A stretch of 64,000 nucleotides of DNA from a virus, in IMG/VR virus record IMGVR_UViG_3300032294_002706, positions 32,001-96,000 of that record. The stretch is one strand, 5' to 3'. Both the position numbers and the translations under genes were made by a program. The notes beneath the pieces are model-generated. The model saw only the letters and a list, made by a program, of their open reading frames with translations, was not told where the DNA came from and searched no databases. Below are positions 1-10,212 of the stretch, piece after piece (the first letter of the stretch is position 1; each line of letters begins with the position of its first letter).

Positions 1-288
1 ATTCAACTAGGCGTAGAACTAATCAAAAAAGCGTGCCACCAGCCGTTCCGTTCTATCTTAGAAAACGCTGGAGTTAATCCGGATATCGTTCTGAGCAAAA
101 TTAACGAAGGCGCTCCAGGATACAATGCTAAAACTGAGGAATACATTGACATGATCGATAATGGAATTATTGATCCAGTTAAAGTTACTAGAACTGCTCT
201 AGAGAATGCAGTTTCAATCGCAGGTCTTTTAATCACAACTGACTGCTTAATGGTACAAAAACCCCAAATGAACTCTCAAGTTCAATAA
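1..288 (+). CDS. groEL: Chaperonin GroEL, C-terminal part (5' truncated by window edge)
   Basis: Frame 1 translation, absent from the ORF track: IQLGVELIKKACHQPFRSILENAGV...YNAKTEEYIDMIDNGIIDPVKVTRTALENAVSIAGLLITTDC. This contains the GroEL signature GIIDPxKVTRxALxNA. Stop is TAA at 286-288. Confidence 0.95.
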   Translation: MQLGVELIKKACHQPFRSILENAGVNPDIVLSKINEGAPGYNAKTEEYIDMIDNGIIDPVKVTRTALENAVSIAGLLITTDCLMVQKPQMNSQVQ

Positions 289-307
289 TCGAATATTAGC
301 CATCGAG

Positions 308-346
308 GAATATGCGCCTGTTGAGTAATTCTCACGGGCGCTATTC
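308..346 (+). terminator. GC-rich hairpin after groEL (possible terminator)
   Basis: GAATA-TGCGCCTG-TTGAG...CTCA-CGGGCGC-TATTC imperfect stem with only a weak U-tract. Confidence 0.45.
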
Positions 347-381
347 TGTTTAGCTGGATCGATAGATAAAATAAAGAGTTT

Positions 382-3300
382 TTGCAATTGGACAATCAGT
401 TTAAGCAACTAATTAACGATATTAAGTGCGGAAGAACAGCCGCTCCGATGTTTACTGAGGATGACTTAGCGAAGGTCAAAGCCTGTTTGCCTGAACCGGT
501 TGCGCCACCGCCATCCAACGTAAATGTTACTGTCCCAGAGACAGATTCATGCGTAAATGATGGCATTGAAGAAGTTAAAAAGATCATGCTAGATCAACTT
601 TCTAAACAGGCAACCGTTATTGAACTTGCAACAATCAAAGGTAAGTTAGAAGAGGCCCAAGATCATTATAAGGTCATCTCAGTTCACTATCGAGAACGTT
701 ATAGATTCTTCAATGATACCATAACAACTTTAGCCCCATTCACATCAGAGTTCCTTTATTGGCAGGACGAATTCAACCGATTGACTCAACTTGAAAAGAA
801 AATCTATGATGATTATGTTAATGGTAATATAGCTGCGCTTGTAATAGTAACTATTTTAAAGTGGTTTACTGAGATCAATGATAAAACCTTTCTCTTAATT
901 GTAGGCGGTAACCTTGATGATCTAACTAAATCATTCGGTGCGCTTGCTGTAACATCATTCATGTCATCTGATGTGTATAAAGCCTATTCAACGGCTCGAT
1001 CTGCTAGAATAGCAGCCGCCAACTCTCAAGCTCAATCAAAAGCTGCTGCAACAAATGCCTTAAAAACCAAAATTCAATCAATCCCTAATCTTGGGCTAGC
1101 GGCCGGCGTTAAAGCAAATGCACTTAACACAACCAAAAAAATAAGTGGACAGCTGATCCCAATATTTAATGATATCGATGTGGTTCAACCAGTCACAAAA
1201 TTAGTTACGTCAGCTAGATCATTTGCCTATGAGGTTAGACTTCTTGACCTAGATAACTGCAAAATATCTGTGCCTCAAGTAAAAGCAGACGGATCGTCGG
1301 ATCAAGTCGAAAAGACAATTAACATTAGAACTAACCCTTACCTAAAATTTTCTTCATTTGCTAATACGATAGGAACAGCAATTCAATCTAGAGCATTTCA
1401 GTCGGGTTCTCCAGCTGAAACCGATTATGCGTTCATTCCTGGAGCACTATACAATGAAACAAATGGATATGCTGGCCTCTATAAAAAGTTAGCTAATCCA
1501 GTTAGGTACCTGTACACGCCTGAAGAAAGGGGACTTACGGTTGATCCGAATAAAATAGATCCAGTCATAAATGAAGTAGAGAATGCTCCAAAATCAATAA
1601 CGGAAGAGGGCACAACCTTTTACATTGCCAACCAGGAACAGTACTCTAAATTTTACGAAGATGCAGCAAAAACTTTGCCTACTAAATTAAAAAATGAAAG
1701 AGCCGTTGTTTTTCCAAAGCAGATCGAGAAAAATTTAGAAGATCTTAAGGCACTAGGCCAATCTGAAGCTGCCGACTTCTTTAGAAAAACTACGGATGCT
1801 GAAGTTAAATTAGCTCGTCCATTAACTTACAAAGCAAAAGGTTCAAACATCTATCTTGCCGGAGAATTCAAGTATTCTTCATTAGATAGAGTCGTTTCAG
1901 CTAGACTTGCATACTACACCAAGGCGGCTGACGAAATTGATCAAAAACTTAAGGATATTCAATCAGACATTGATCAGATTTCCGAATTAATAACTCAAAA
2001 TTCAATGGATCCTGACGTTTTAGTTAAGAGGATTTCAGCGGTTGCCTGTTTTAAGGGAGCAGCTGATACCAAAGCAACCGCAAAGGATTGTGAGGCTGAA
2101 ACTGCTGCAAAATTAGGAACTGACCCGTTAATGATTCGTACTTTTTCTGGCACGGATTCAAGTCTGCCGGACATGAACAATCCTTGTTATTGGAAAGAAT
2201 TTGCAAATTCACTAAATAAAGTTAGTATTCTACCTGTGCCTGATCTAACTGCTCCACTATTTAGATATTATCCAATAAACAATATCATTCCAACTCCAAT
2301 AGGAGTGGTCATGATTCCAATGCCTCAAAAATGGAGAGTCCTATTTTCATTATCATCTCCGCTTGGAACATTGGTAACCTTTTTAACTCTGCCTGCGCTT
2401 ATCGTTGGAATTCCATTACCGTCGGTTTACATGTTCTACTTTTCTCCAGACGGTAATAAGTACATGCTACTTGCTCCAAACTTTCCATTAGTATTTACGC
2501 CAGGTGCAAGCAAGTATGGATTTGAGATTGATACGTCCGGTGAATCCAATAATCCAATTGGTCTAAGCAATACAAATCCTCATAAGGGCCAATTAGTCAA
2601 AGGCTCTTTAACTATACCGATTAAACTAGCAGCAAGTTCATCAAAAGCCGTTAGGTTAGCAGCCTTTGCTGCTGATCTAGCTCAAGGTAAAATTCCATCA
2701 ATTAAAACGCCAGACGGTCTCGTAATTAAAGAAATCGATCCACAATTCTACCTACAAAATTATTTGGGACAGTTTGAAGCCTCTGCTGCTGCCCTTGATG
2801 GCGGTGCGGCAGAAGAATTCATTAACATCACTACTAAATTTAAAGCTGATCTCAATGCTCAATTTAAGATTTTAGGGGATATGCAAATAAATGCGGTCAC
2901 TAGATTAAAGGAAAAAACCAGATCAACTAGACAAAAAGGTGTAGTGGGTGCCGAAGATATTACTGACCCTAAGGATAGGCTTGCCGCAAAGGATAAAGCT
3001 CGAGCTCTTGATCCAATCAAATTAACTGAAAAAATTCAAAGCGTTCTTTCCGATTTTGAATCATACATCGATAAGATAAATTTAGGCACAATATCAATCC
3101 CAAAGAATGCTACTCGACTTAACCCTAAATTACCAGGTGCCGTAACTGCAGTACAGCCAATAATAGAAAAAGCCTCTAGGGGAGAACTTATTCCAGATTT
3201 AAAATCTAAAAACTTGATTTCAATAATCAAGAAGTTTGCATCACAAATTGATCCAAGTAAACTTGATATACCGAAGAAAGAATTCAACTTAAACAAATTA

Positions 3301-4740
3301 GAAGACGTTGATGAATTTAAAAAAGCAATAAAGAAATTTGCAACTGACGCATTAGCTCACGCAACTGGAGATAAAACTACAAATGAAGACATTGATCCTA
3401 ATTTATCTGAGGAAAGAAAGGCAGAGATTGCAAAAGCAAATGAACTACGAAAAAAGAGAATCAAAGCAGCTTTCGCATTATCTTCACTTGCATTAACGCC
3501 ACCAACTCTTAAATTATTTGATCCGGCTGCTCCATGTTGTGCAACTGATTCCGCTAAACCAAATAACCTACCTTCTCCTCAAGTGCTGGCCGCAATTGCT
3601 ATTTTTAATGCTTTATTAGATGCATTTTTGCAAGGAATAACGATTGATACCCTAAAGAGCATGTTCGGAGATGCAGTTGACCGTATCGGAATAGACTCAG
3701 TAAAAACGCTATTCGATTCAGCACTATCTGCATTTCCGCCAATTACAATTCCTGAATTACCTGACGTAGTTGCAATATTCAAGACCATGATACTCCCTGT
3801 GTTAACCGCAACTCATATACCGCAAGCGCCCATTCCACTAGGCCCAGTATTTCCAGTGCCGATTGTAATTCCATTAAACGAGATCATAAAACCTTTGCTA
3901 AAAGCGGCAATTGCATATTTACTTGAATTACTATTGAGATTACTATCCGATGCCGGCAACATGCTAGAATTTACAGCAATTAGTATCGATTCTCCAACTC
4001 TTCAGGAAATTATTAAGCAAGTTCCATGTGGCGATTCTCAATTTGCAACAGTTTCTACGACGAATATTTCAAAAACAGTCTCAGTGAAACTGCCGAATGG
4101 AATAGTCTTGACTTTACCAAAGATTCCGAATATTCCATTAGACATTGTCTCTTATTTTGCATTGCTAACTTCTACTGACCTAGTCGAATTAATTAGAGGC
4201 CTGTTATTTGCAGCGATTGATGGAATCCTAGAACCTCTTAAAAGCATTGTTGTGCCAGTTTTAAATATTGCGCAAAGTTTTAAAGACTTATCTCTTAATA
4301 TTATTGAAGCATCAAATCCATTCATTCTACCAATTAAATTAATTATATTAGCTCTACAACTTCAAATTCCAAATTCAGCTAAGACTAGCATTATGAATCT
4401 TGAAGCGATTAACTTAATTAGAGCCGCATATTTACCAGTAGTAACTGCAGCTGAACCAATCTTAAAAGAAACAGCGTATCTTCTTGCAATTCTAGCTCCG
4501 GCTTTTGCAAGTAAACCTGGTGTCAAGATTGCTAGAATTGCAGCAAATCCATTTGTTAATCAGGATGATCTTCCACCATGGGAAAGACTGACTCATAAGA
4601 ATCCACTATTTGCAATTTTTCTAGATGAAATTGCTTGGAGATCCAGTCTAACCTCAACCGGTAGTCTAATATTTGCAACAAAAATGCCAGGAATATTCAC
4701 CGGCGCTAGGACAATTACGTCAGATCCTGGAATCCACTAA
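382..4740 (+). CDS. Large hypothetical protein (1452 aa) with hydrophobic Pro-rich segments, possibly virion or membrane associated
   Basis: Long uninterrupted ORF with TTG start. Helical regions alternate with Pro/Ile/Leu-rich hydrophobic blocks. No family recognised. Confidence 0.7.
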   Translation: MQLDNQFKQLINDIKCGRTAAPMFTEDDLAKVKACLPEPVAPPPSNVNVTVPETDSCVNDGIEEVKKIMLDQLSKQATVIELATIKGKLEEAQDHYKVISVHYRERYRFFNDTITTLAPFTSEFLYWQDEFNRLTQLEKKIYDDYVNGNIAALVIVTILKWFTEINDKTFLLIVGGNLDDLTKSFGALAVTSFMSSDVYKAYSTARSARIAAANSQAQSKAAATNALKTKIQSIPNLGLAAGVKANALNTTKKISGQLIPIFNDIDVVQPVTKLVTSARSFAYEVRLLDLDNCKISVPQVKADGSSDQVEKTINIRTNPYLKFSSFANTIGTAIQSRAFQSGSPAETDYAFIPGALYNETNGYAGLYKKLANPVRYLYTPEERGLTVDPNKIDPVINEVENAPKSITEEGTTFYIANQEQYSKFYEDAAKTLPTKLKNERAVVFPKQIEKNLEDLKALGQSEAADFFRKTTDAEVKLARPLTYKAKGSNIYLAGEFKYSSLDRVVSARLAYYTKAADEIDQKLKDIQSDIDQISELITQNSMDPDVLVKRISAVACFKGAADTKATAKDCEAETAAKLGTDPLMIRTFSGTDSSLPDMNNPCYWKEFANSLNKVSILPVPDLTAPLFRYYPINNIIPTPIGVVMIPMPQKWRVLFSLSSPLGTLVTFLTLPALIVGIPLPSVYMFYFSPDGNKYMLLAPNFPLVFTPGASKYGFEIDTSGESNNPIGLSNTNPHKGQLVKGSLTIPIKLAASSSKAVRLAAFAADLAQGKIPSIKTPDGLVIKEIDPQFYLQNYLGQFEASAAALDGGAAEEFINITTKFKADLNAQFKILGDMQINAVTRLKEKTRSTRQKGVVGAEDITDPKDRLAAKDKARALDPIKLTEKIQSVLSDFESYIDKINLGTISIPKNATRLNPKLPGAVTAVQPIIEKASRGELIPDLKSKNLISIIKKFASQIDPSKLDIPKKEFNLNKLEDVDEFKKAIKKFATDALAHATGDKTTNEDIDPNLSEERKAEIAKANELRKKRIKAAFALSSLALTPPTLKLFDPAAPCCATDSAKPNNLPSPQVLAAIAIFNALLDAFLQGITIDTLKSMFGDAVDRIGIDSVKTLFDSALSAFPPITIPELPDVVAIFKTMILPVLTATHIPQAPIPLGPVFPVPIVIPLNEIIKPLLKAAIAYLLELLLRLLSDAGNMLEFTAISIDSPTLQEIIKQVPCGDSQFATVSTTNISKTVSVKLPNGIVLTLPKIPNIPLDIVSYFALLTSTDLVELIRGLLFAAIDGILEPLKSIVVPVLNIAQSFKDLSLNIIEASNPFILPIKLIILALQLQIPNSAKTSIMNLEAINLIRAAYLPVVTAAEPILKETAYLLAILAPAFASKPGVKIARIAANPFVNQDDLPPWERLTHKNPLFAIFLDEIAWRSSLTSTGSLIFATKMPGIFTGARTITSDPGIH

Positions 4741-4746
4741 TTTTTA

Positions 4747-4773
4747 AAACCTGAAGAGGTTTCTGTGTATAAT
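4747..4773 (+). promoter_or_regulatory. Putative phage early/middle promoter AAAC-N17-TATAAT
   Basis: One of about 11 identically spaced motifs upstream of non-structural genes. Confidence 0.7.
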
Positions 4774-4803
4774 TAAGTAGTTAATCTCACTAATACAACA
4801 TAT

Positions 4804-5985
4804 ATGCAAAAAAACCAAAACGCTCAAGAAGTTATTGATTTTGATTTGCTATTCAGCCAAGGCAATAGCAAAATCAATCATAGAATTAAATTAACTCCAG
4901 CGGACAAAAAAGCGGGTGTAAGAATCTTTTGTAAAGAACCTTATACTCAAGAACTTTACGACCTTTATTATTCATCAGGTACAATCCTAAAACCTGCAAA
5001 TAAGGACTTTGAAGTCGGACAAGTTTGTAAAGTAACAGCAAAACGTGTTGACTTTGACAATAAAATGATTGAAGCTCAAGACGATGCAACTCTATCTACA
5101 ATCTTCATTCCATTTAGAGAATTTACCGAAGAGCCATCATTATTAGTTCACAATGAAATAAGCGCCAGCTTTAAAATTGTTATCTATAAAGTGGAAGGTG
5201 AAGACTATTTAGGTTCTGAAAAACGTTGTGCAGCATTAACGTACCGTGAAGATCTTGAAGAATTCCTTAAGACTGAAAAATGGTTCTACGTTAAAGTTAC
5301 TAACTTGGTTAAAGGTGGTTACCTTGCTCTTTACAAAGGCACAGTTAAATGTTTCTTACCTGGATCGCATGCAGCAGCTAACGTAATCAGAGACTTTAAC
5401 GAGTACTTGAACAAGGAAATTCCAGTAATGATCGAGAACTACGATTCAGCGAATAAACTATTCATTGTTTCTTACAAGAAGTACATTAAGCAGACATTAC
5501 CACAAAGAGTTCACGAACTTAAATTTGGTGAAAAATACACAGGTATTCTAACTAACAAACCTTATGACTTTGGAATGTTCGTTGAATTCCAAAATTATTT
5601 CACCGGCTTATTGCATAAAACTGAATTTGTCAATTACGAAGAAGTTAGTAGAAACTATAAATCCGGAGATCAGATTGACTTCTACATCAAGGATATCGTT
5701 CTTAAGAAAGGCGAACCTAGAATAATTCTAACTGATTCTCTTGAAAAAATCGGAGAAGATCAACTGATTTGGCAAAGTTTAAAGGACTCAATTGAAGGTA
5801 AAACCTTAAATTTCACTCTAAATAAACAAAACTTTAGCCTAGAGATTCAAATGCCCGATTCAGATCGAGTATTTCACACGGATGTGAACCATCTAAAAGG
5901 CCGAACTCGAATTAACGACGAGGGCCAAATTAAAGTTCACCGAGTCGATACTATCAGAAAACAATTAAAGTTCGACTTTATTTAA
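4804..5985 (+). CDS. Ribosomal protein S1-like multi-S1-domain RNA-binding protein
   Basis: Repeated S1/OB motifs: VKVTNLVKGGYLALYKGTVKCFLPGSH and YTGILTNKPYDFGMFVEFQNYFTGLLHKTEF. Confidence 0.85.
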   Translation: MQKNQNAQEVIDFDLLFSQGNSKINHRIKLTPADKKAGVRIFCKEPYTQELYDLYYSSGTILKPANKDFEVGQVCKVTAKRVDFDNKMIEAQDDATLSTIFIPFREFTEEPSLLVHNEISASFKIVIYKVEGEDYLGSEKRCAALTYREDLEEFLKTEKWFYVKVTNLVKGGYLALYKGTVKCFLPGSHAAANVIRDFNEYLNKEIPVMIENYDSANKLFIVSYKKYIKQTLPQRVHELKFGEKYTGILTNKPYDFGMFVEFQNYFTGLLHKTEFVNYEEVSRNYKSGDQIDFYIKDIVLKKGEPRIILTDSLEKIGEDQLIWQSLKDSIEGKTLNFTLNKQNFSLEIQMPDSDRVFHTDVNHLKGRTRINDEGQIKVHRVDTIRKQLKFDFI

Positions 5986-5990
5986 ACCTA

Positions 5991-6017
5991 AAACCACAAA
6001 GAGTGGTATTTTATATT
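5991..6017 (+). promoter_or_regulatory. Putative early/middle promoter AAAC-N17-TATATT
   Basis: Same motif and spacing as the other copies; upstream of nrdB. Confidence 0.5.
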
Positions 6018-6183
6018 CGAATAAATAATCAAGATGCAAAGGTCGAATAATAAAATATCACTTTTTTATGTTCGGTGCTCTTTGGGTTAACCATTTAAAC
6101 ACAATAGTTTCTGTTAACCAAGCACACAACACCATAACTCGAACTTTACATCACATTTTACACTTAACCTAATAATAAAGAAC

Positions 6184-7149
6184 ATGATGGAACCTATTTT
6201 ACAAGAGAATCCAAATCGATTTGTTGTCTTCCCGATTCAGCACCATGACCTGTGGGAATTTTACAAAAAATCAGAAGCTTCATTCTGGACAGCTGAGGAA
6301 ATTGATCTAGCTGCTGACCTAGTTGACTGGCGATCTCGATTAAACGATGACGAGCGTCATTTCGTTAAACACGTATTGGCATTTTTTGCCGCAAGCGACG
6401 GTATCGTTAATGAGAATCTTGCCGAGAACTTCGTTAAAGAGGTCCAGTACCCGGAAGCAAAATTCTTTTATGGATTTCAGATCATGATGGAAAATATTCA
6501 TTCTGAAACCTATTCTCTTCTAATTGATACGTACATCACCGACCCAGAAGAAAAAATGCATCTATTTAGAGCAATTGATACTATCCCAGCCGTTGCAAAG
6601 AAGGCCGAGTGGGCCCTTAGATGGATCAAGAACTCTACATTTCAAGAGAGACTAATTGCATTTGCGGCGGTTGAAGGTATATTCTTCTCAGGTTCATTCT
6701 GTTCTATTTTTTGGCTTAAGAAAAGAGGCCTCATGCCAGGACTAAGTTTTTCTAATGAACTTATTTCACGAGATGAAGGTTCTCATACTGACTTTGCAGT
6801 CCACCTACACAACAACCATGTAGTTAATAAAGTTTCAGAAGAAAGAATAAAAGAAATCATATTATCCGCCCTAGAAATTGAAAAAGAATTCATCATAGAG
6901 GCTCTTCCTATTAAATTAATAGGCATGAATTCTGACTTAATGAAACAATACTTGGAATTTGTTACCGATAGATTACTATCTGATTTAGGTTGCTCAAAAG
7001 TTTTTAATTCAACCAATCCCTTTGATTTCATGGTTAACATTGCGCTAAATGGCAAAACTAATTTCTTTGAGAAAAGAGTTGGTGAATACCAAAAAGCTGG
7101 AGTTAAATCTGGAGGAGACGCAGGATTTTCATTAGACGCAGATTTTTAA
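6184..7149 (+). CDS. nrdB: Ribonucleotide reductase class Ia beta subunit
   Basis: [39 protein letters not shown] and SRDEGSH di-iron/tyrosyl-radical motifs. Confidence 0.97.
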   Translation: MMEPILQENPNRFVVFPIQHHDLWEFYKKSEASFWTAEEIDLAADLVDWRSRLNDDERHFVKHVLAFFAASDGIVNENLAENFVKEVQYPEAKFFYGFQIMMENIHSETYSLLIDTYITDPEEKMHLFRAIDTIPAVAKKAEWALRWIKNSTFQERLIAFAAVEGIFFSGSFCSIFWLKKRGLMPGLSFSNELISRDEGSHTDFAVHLHNNHVVNKVSEERIKEIILSALEIEKEFIIEALPIKLIGMNSDLMKQYLEFVTDRLLSDLGCSKVFNSTNPFDFMVNIALNGKTNFFEKRVGEYQKAGVKSGGDAGFSLDADF

Positions 7150-7170
7150 AAAACAGCAAAAACTAAATAA

Positions 7171-9591
7171 ATGAAGGTAATAAAAAGAGATGGCCATAGT
7201 GAAACGCTAAAGCTTGATAAAATCACGAACCGAATTAAAAAACAAACATACGGATTAAATACTGACTACGTTGACGCCCTAGAGGTTGCAACCAAAGTAG
7301 TGTCCGGAATTTACGATGGAATAAGCACGCAGCAACTCGACCTATTAGCGGCAGAAACTGCAGCGGCTTTGACGTATATTCATCCAGATTATTCAATTCT
7401 TGCCGCTAGAATTGCGATAACTCGCTTACACAAAACTACTCATAAATCTTTTAGTGATACGATTGATCACTTATACAATTACATAGATCCAAAGACTGGT
7501 AAGAATGCCTGCATTATCTCAGATGAGACTTATGAAGCTGTTCAAAAGTACAAGAACACACTAAATGAAGCAATCATTCACGATAGAGATCTTAATTTTG
7601 ACTATTTTGGGTTTAAGACTCTTGAAAAAAGTTACCTATTAAAAACTCACGGCCAACCTGCTGAAACTCCTCAGCATCTTTACATGAGAGTTGCCGTTGG
7701 TATTTGGGGAATGGACATTCAAAATGTTTTAAAAACGTATGAATTACTATCCACTCATCAAATGACTCATGCGACTCCAACTCTATTTAATGCTGGAACA
7801 AGAAGACCTCAGCTTTCTTCATGTTTTTTATTAATGATGGATGAGGATTCTATTTCTGGAATCTATAAAACTCTTTCTGATGTTGCTGCCATTTCTCAAA
7901 ATGCTGGAGGTATTGGTATAGCTGTCTCAAACATTAGAGCGACCGGTTCTTACATTAAAGGTACAAATGGTACCTCAAACGGAATCGTTCCAATGTTAAA
8001 GGTTTACAATGAAACTGCTAGATACGTTGATCAAGGTGGTGGAAAACGTAAGGGCTCTTTTGCAGTTTATTTGGAACCATGGCATGATGATGTTGAAGAT
8101 TTTCTTGATCTTAGAAAAAATCACGGTAAGGAAGAGCGCAGAGCAAGAGATCTTTTCTTAGCAATGTGGACTCCTGACTTGTTCATGAAACGCGTTGAAG
8201 AGGATGGAGATTGGACGACTTTCTGCCCAGCCGAAATCGACTGTGAACTTTGGGAAATGTACGGAGAAGAATTCGAAAGTAATTATGTTCGCCTTGAAGC
8301 AGAGGGTAAGGGTCGTAGAACCTTTAAAGCTCGTGTACTATGGCAAAAAATTCTAGAGTCTCAAATTGAAACAGGTACGCCATACATTCTTTTTAAGGAT
8401 TCTGCAAATCGCAAATCAAACCAAAAGAACTTAGGCACAATTAAATCTTCTAACTTATGTACGGAGATTATTGAGTACACATCAAAGGATGAACAAGCTG
8501 TTTGTAACTTAGCCTCAATTCCAGTAAATCAATTTGTTGTCTTAGGTAAGAAAGCCGGTAAATTAAGAAAGCCTACTGCTGAATATAATTATAATGCTCT
8601 ATACGAAGTTGCATATCAAACTACGCTTAACTTAAACAAGGTAATTGACGTCAATTTTTATCCAACTCCTGAGACCAAAAACTCTAATCTAAAACACCGT
8701 CCAATTGGAATAGGCGTTCAAGGTTTAGCAGATACGTTTGCTCTAATGGGATTAGAATTTGGAAATGAAGAGTCTAAAAAATTGAATGAGGAAATCCATG
8801 AAACCATTTATTATGCAGCAATGGACGCCTCAATTGACTTAGCTAAAAGAGATGGAGCGTATTCTTCTTATGAAGGTTCTCCATTAAGCACTGGCCAATT
8901 TCAATTCAATTTATGGGGATTTACTGATGAACAATTGTCAGGCCTCTGGGATTGGGCAGCCTTGCGTAAGAAGTTAATGAAACACGGTGCTAGAAATTCC
9001 CTATTGCTTGCTCCAATGCCAACCGCGTCAACTGCTCAAATCATGGGTAATAATGAAGCGTTTGAGGCATTTACCTCAAATATCGGAACTCGTAGAACTT
9101 TAGCTGGTGAATTCATAACCGTCAATAAACATCTAGTTAGAGACCTTGCTGAACTTGGCCTTTGGTCAGATTCAATGAGAAATCGAATCATCGTAGAAAA
9201 AGGATCAATTCAAAATATTCCTAATATCCCGGATGAGCTTAAACTAATTTATAAAACGGTTTGGGAAATATCTCAAAAGACGATCATTGATATGTCAGCT
9301 GACCGAGGTAAATTCATTTGTCAATCTCAGTCCCTTAACCTCTTTTTTAGAGATGTTAATACTGCCAAATTGACCTCAGCTCATTTCCATTCTTGGAAAA
9401 GAGGACTTAAGACCGGCATGTATTACTTAAGAACTGAAGCTGCTACTTCAGCAATTGCTGGACTGGGAGTAGATGCCTCTACTAAATCACAGCCTGTCAT
9501 CCAGATTGCACAAGGAGAGGCTTTGCAGAACGCAAATGATATAGTCTGTTCTCTTGATAACACGGATGAATGCCTAGCTTGCGGGTCATAA
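7171..9591 (+). CDS. nrdA: Ribonucleotide reductase class Ia alpha subunit with N-terminal ATP cone
   Basis: VIKRDG ATP cone, TPTLFNAG, SSCFL, SNLCTEI, CNLAS, LKTGMYYLR and C-terminal CLACGS. Confidence 0.97.
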   Translation: MKVIKRDGHSETLKLDKITNRIKKQTYGLNTDYVDALEVATKVVSGIYDGISTQQLDLLAAETAAALTYIHPDYSILAARIAITRLHKTTHKSFSDTIDHLYNYIDPKTGKNACIISDETYEAVQKYKNTLNEAIIHDRDLNFDYFGFKTLEKSYLLKTHGQPAETPQHLYMRVAVGIWGMDIQNVLKTYELLSTHQMTHATPTLFNAGTRRPQLSSCFLLMMDEDSISGIYKTLSDVAAISQNAGGIGIAVSNIRATGSYIKGTNGTSNGIVPMLKVYNETARYVDQGGGKRKGSFAVYLEPWHDDVEDFLDLRKNHGKEERRARDLFLAMWTPDLFMKRVEEDGDWTTFCPAEIDCELWEMYGEEFESNYVRLEAEGKGRRTFKARVLWQKILESQIETGTPYILFKDSANRKSNQKNLGTIKSSNLCTEIIEYTSKDEQAVCNLASIPVNQFVVLGKKAGKLRKPTAEYNYNALYEVAYQTTLNLNKVIDVNFYPTPETKNSNLKHRPIGIGVQGLADTFALMGLEFGNEESKKLNEEIHETIYYAAMDASIDLAKRDGAYSSYEGSPLSTGQFQFNLWGFTDEQLSGLWDWAALRKKLMKHGARNSLLLAPMPTASTAQIMGNNEAFEAFTSNIGTRRTLAGEFITVNKHLVRDLAELGLWSDSMRNRIIVEKGSIQNIPNIPDELKLIYKTVWEISQKTIIDMSADRGKFICQSQSLNLFFRDVNTAKLTSAHFHSWKRGLKTGMYYLRTEAATSAIAGLGVDASTKSQPVIQIAQGEALQNANDIVCSLDNTDECLACGS

Positions 9592-9610
9592 TCCAAACTT
9601 AATTTCAATC

Positions 9611-9637
9611 AAATGGGGGCCTTGTGTCCCCATTTTT
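9611..9637 (+). terminator. Intrinsic terminator after nrdA
   Basis: AAATGGGGGC-CTTGT-GTCCCCATTTTT. Confidence 0.75.
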
Positions 9638-9641
9638 GGTT

Positions 9642-9649
9642 TATAAATA
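9642..9649 (+). promoter_or_regulatory. T4-type late promoter TATAAATA
   Basis: Exact T4 late consensus 8 nt before the ATG at 9658. Confidence 0.75.
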
Positions 9650-9657
9650 ATACTATC

Positions 9658-10212
9658 ATGGAAATACTATCATTTGACAAATTTAAGTTATTATTGGAGG
9701 CTGACGAGGCAGCTCCACCAGCTCCGGAGCCGGCAGCTGAACCTACTCCACCTGCTGATCCATCCGCATCAGCTCCACCGCCACCTATGCCGGACCTAGG
9801 AGGATCTCCAATGCCCGACCCTTTAGCTGGTGCAACATTACCTCCTGATCCAAATGCTCCAGCTCCAACCGCTGGAACCTCAGTATTTAAAGTCGTATTT
9901 TTAGACTCTGAAAAACCATGGCACTCTAAGTATGCTGACGGCGGCGGAGTTAAGAGGTATAAAGAATACGAAATCACTCAAGGCGATCTAGATAAATGGA
10001 TTACCGACTCTAAGTTAGAAGCAAATAAAGACGCTCTTTCTCAAGCTGTGAGCGGTAAAAAACCTATCGAGAAAACTCTATTTGATAAATTAAAAGCAGC
10101 AGCAACTTCAAATAAACTTGGTAAGGACCGTGGCGACGTTGATGTAGATTATGATACTAAGCAAATCCCATCAACCTCTAAACTTGACCTAATTTTCATA
10201 ACAACCAAATGA
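9658..10212 (+). CDS. Hypothetical Pro-rich protein with capsid-targeting-like N-terminus (candidate internal head protein)
   Basis: Start moved to ATG 9658, after the terminator and late motif. Begins MEILSFDKFKLLLEADE, followed by a Pro/Ala linker. Confidence 0.65.
   Translation: MEILSFDKFKLLLEADEAAPPAPEPAAEPTPPADPSASAPPPPMPDLGGSPMPDPLAGATLPPDPNAPAPTAGTSVFKVVFLDSEKPWHSKYADGGGVKRYKEYEITQGDLDKWITDSKLEANKDALSQAVSGKKPIEKTLFDKLKAAATSNKLGKDRGDVDVDYDTKQIPSTSKLDLIFITTK

Noticed and set aside
3-236. Minus-strand 77-aa ORF in the ORF track
   Set aside because: It is the antisense shadow of the groEL C-terminus on the + strand.
9609-9977. Gly/Ala-rich minus-strand ORF, and similar short ORFs nested in or opposite long genes
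   Set aside because: These are antisense or out-of-frame shadows of well-supported genes, with no motifs or expression signals of their own.
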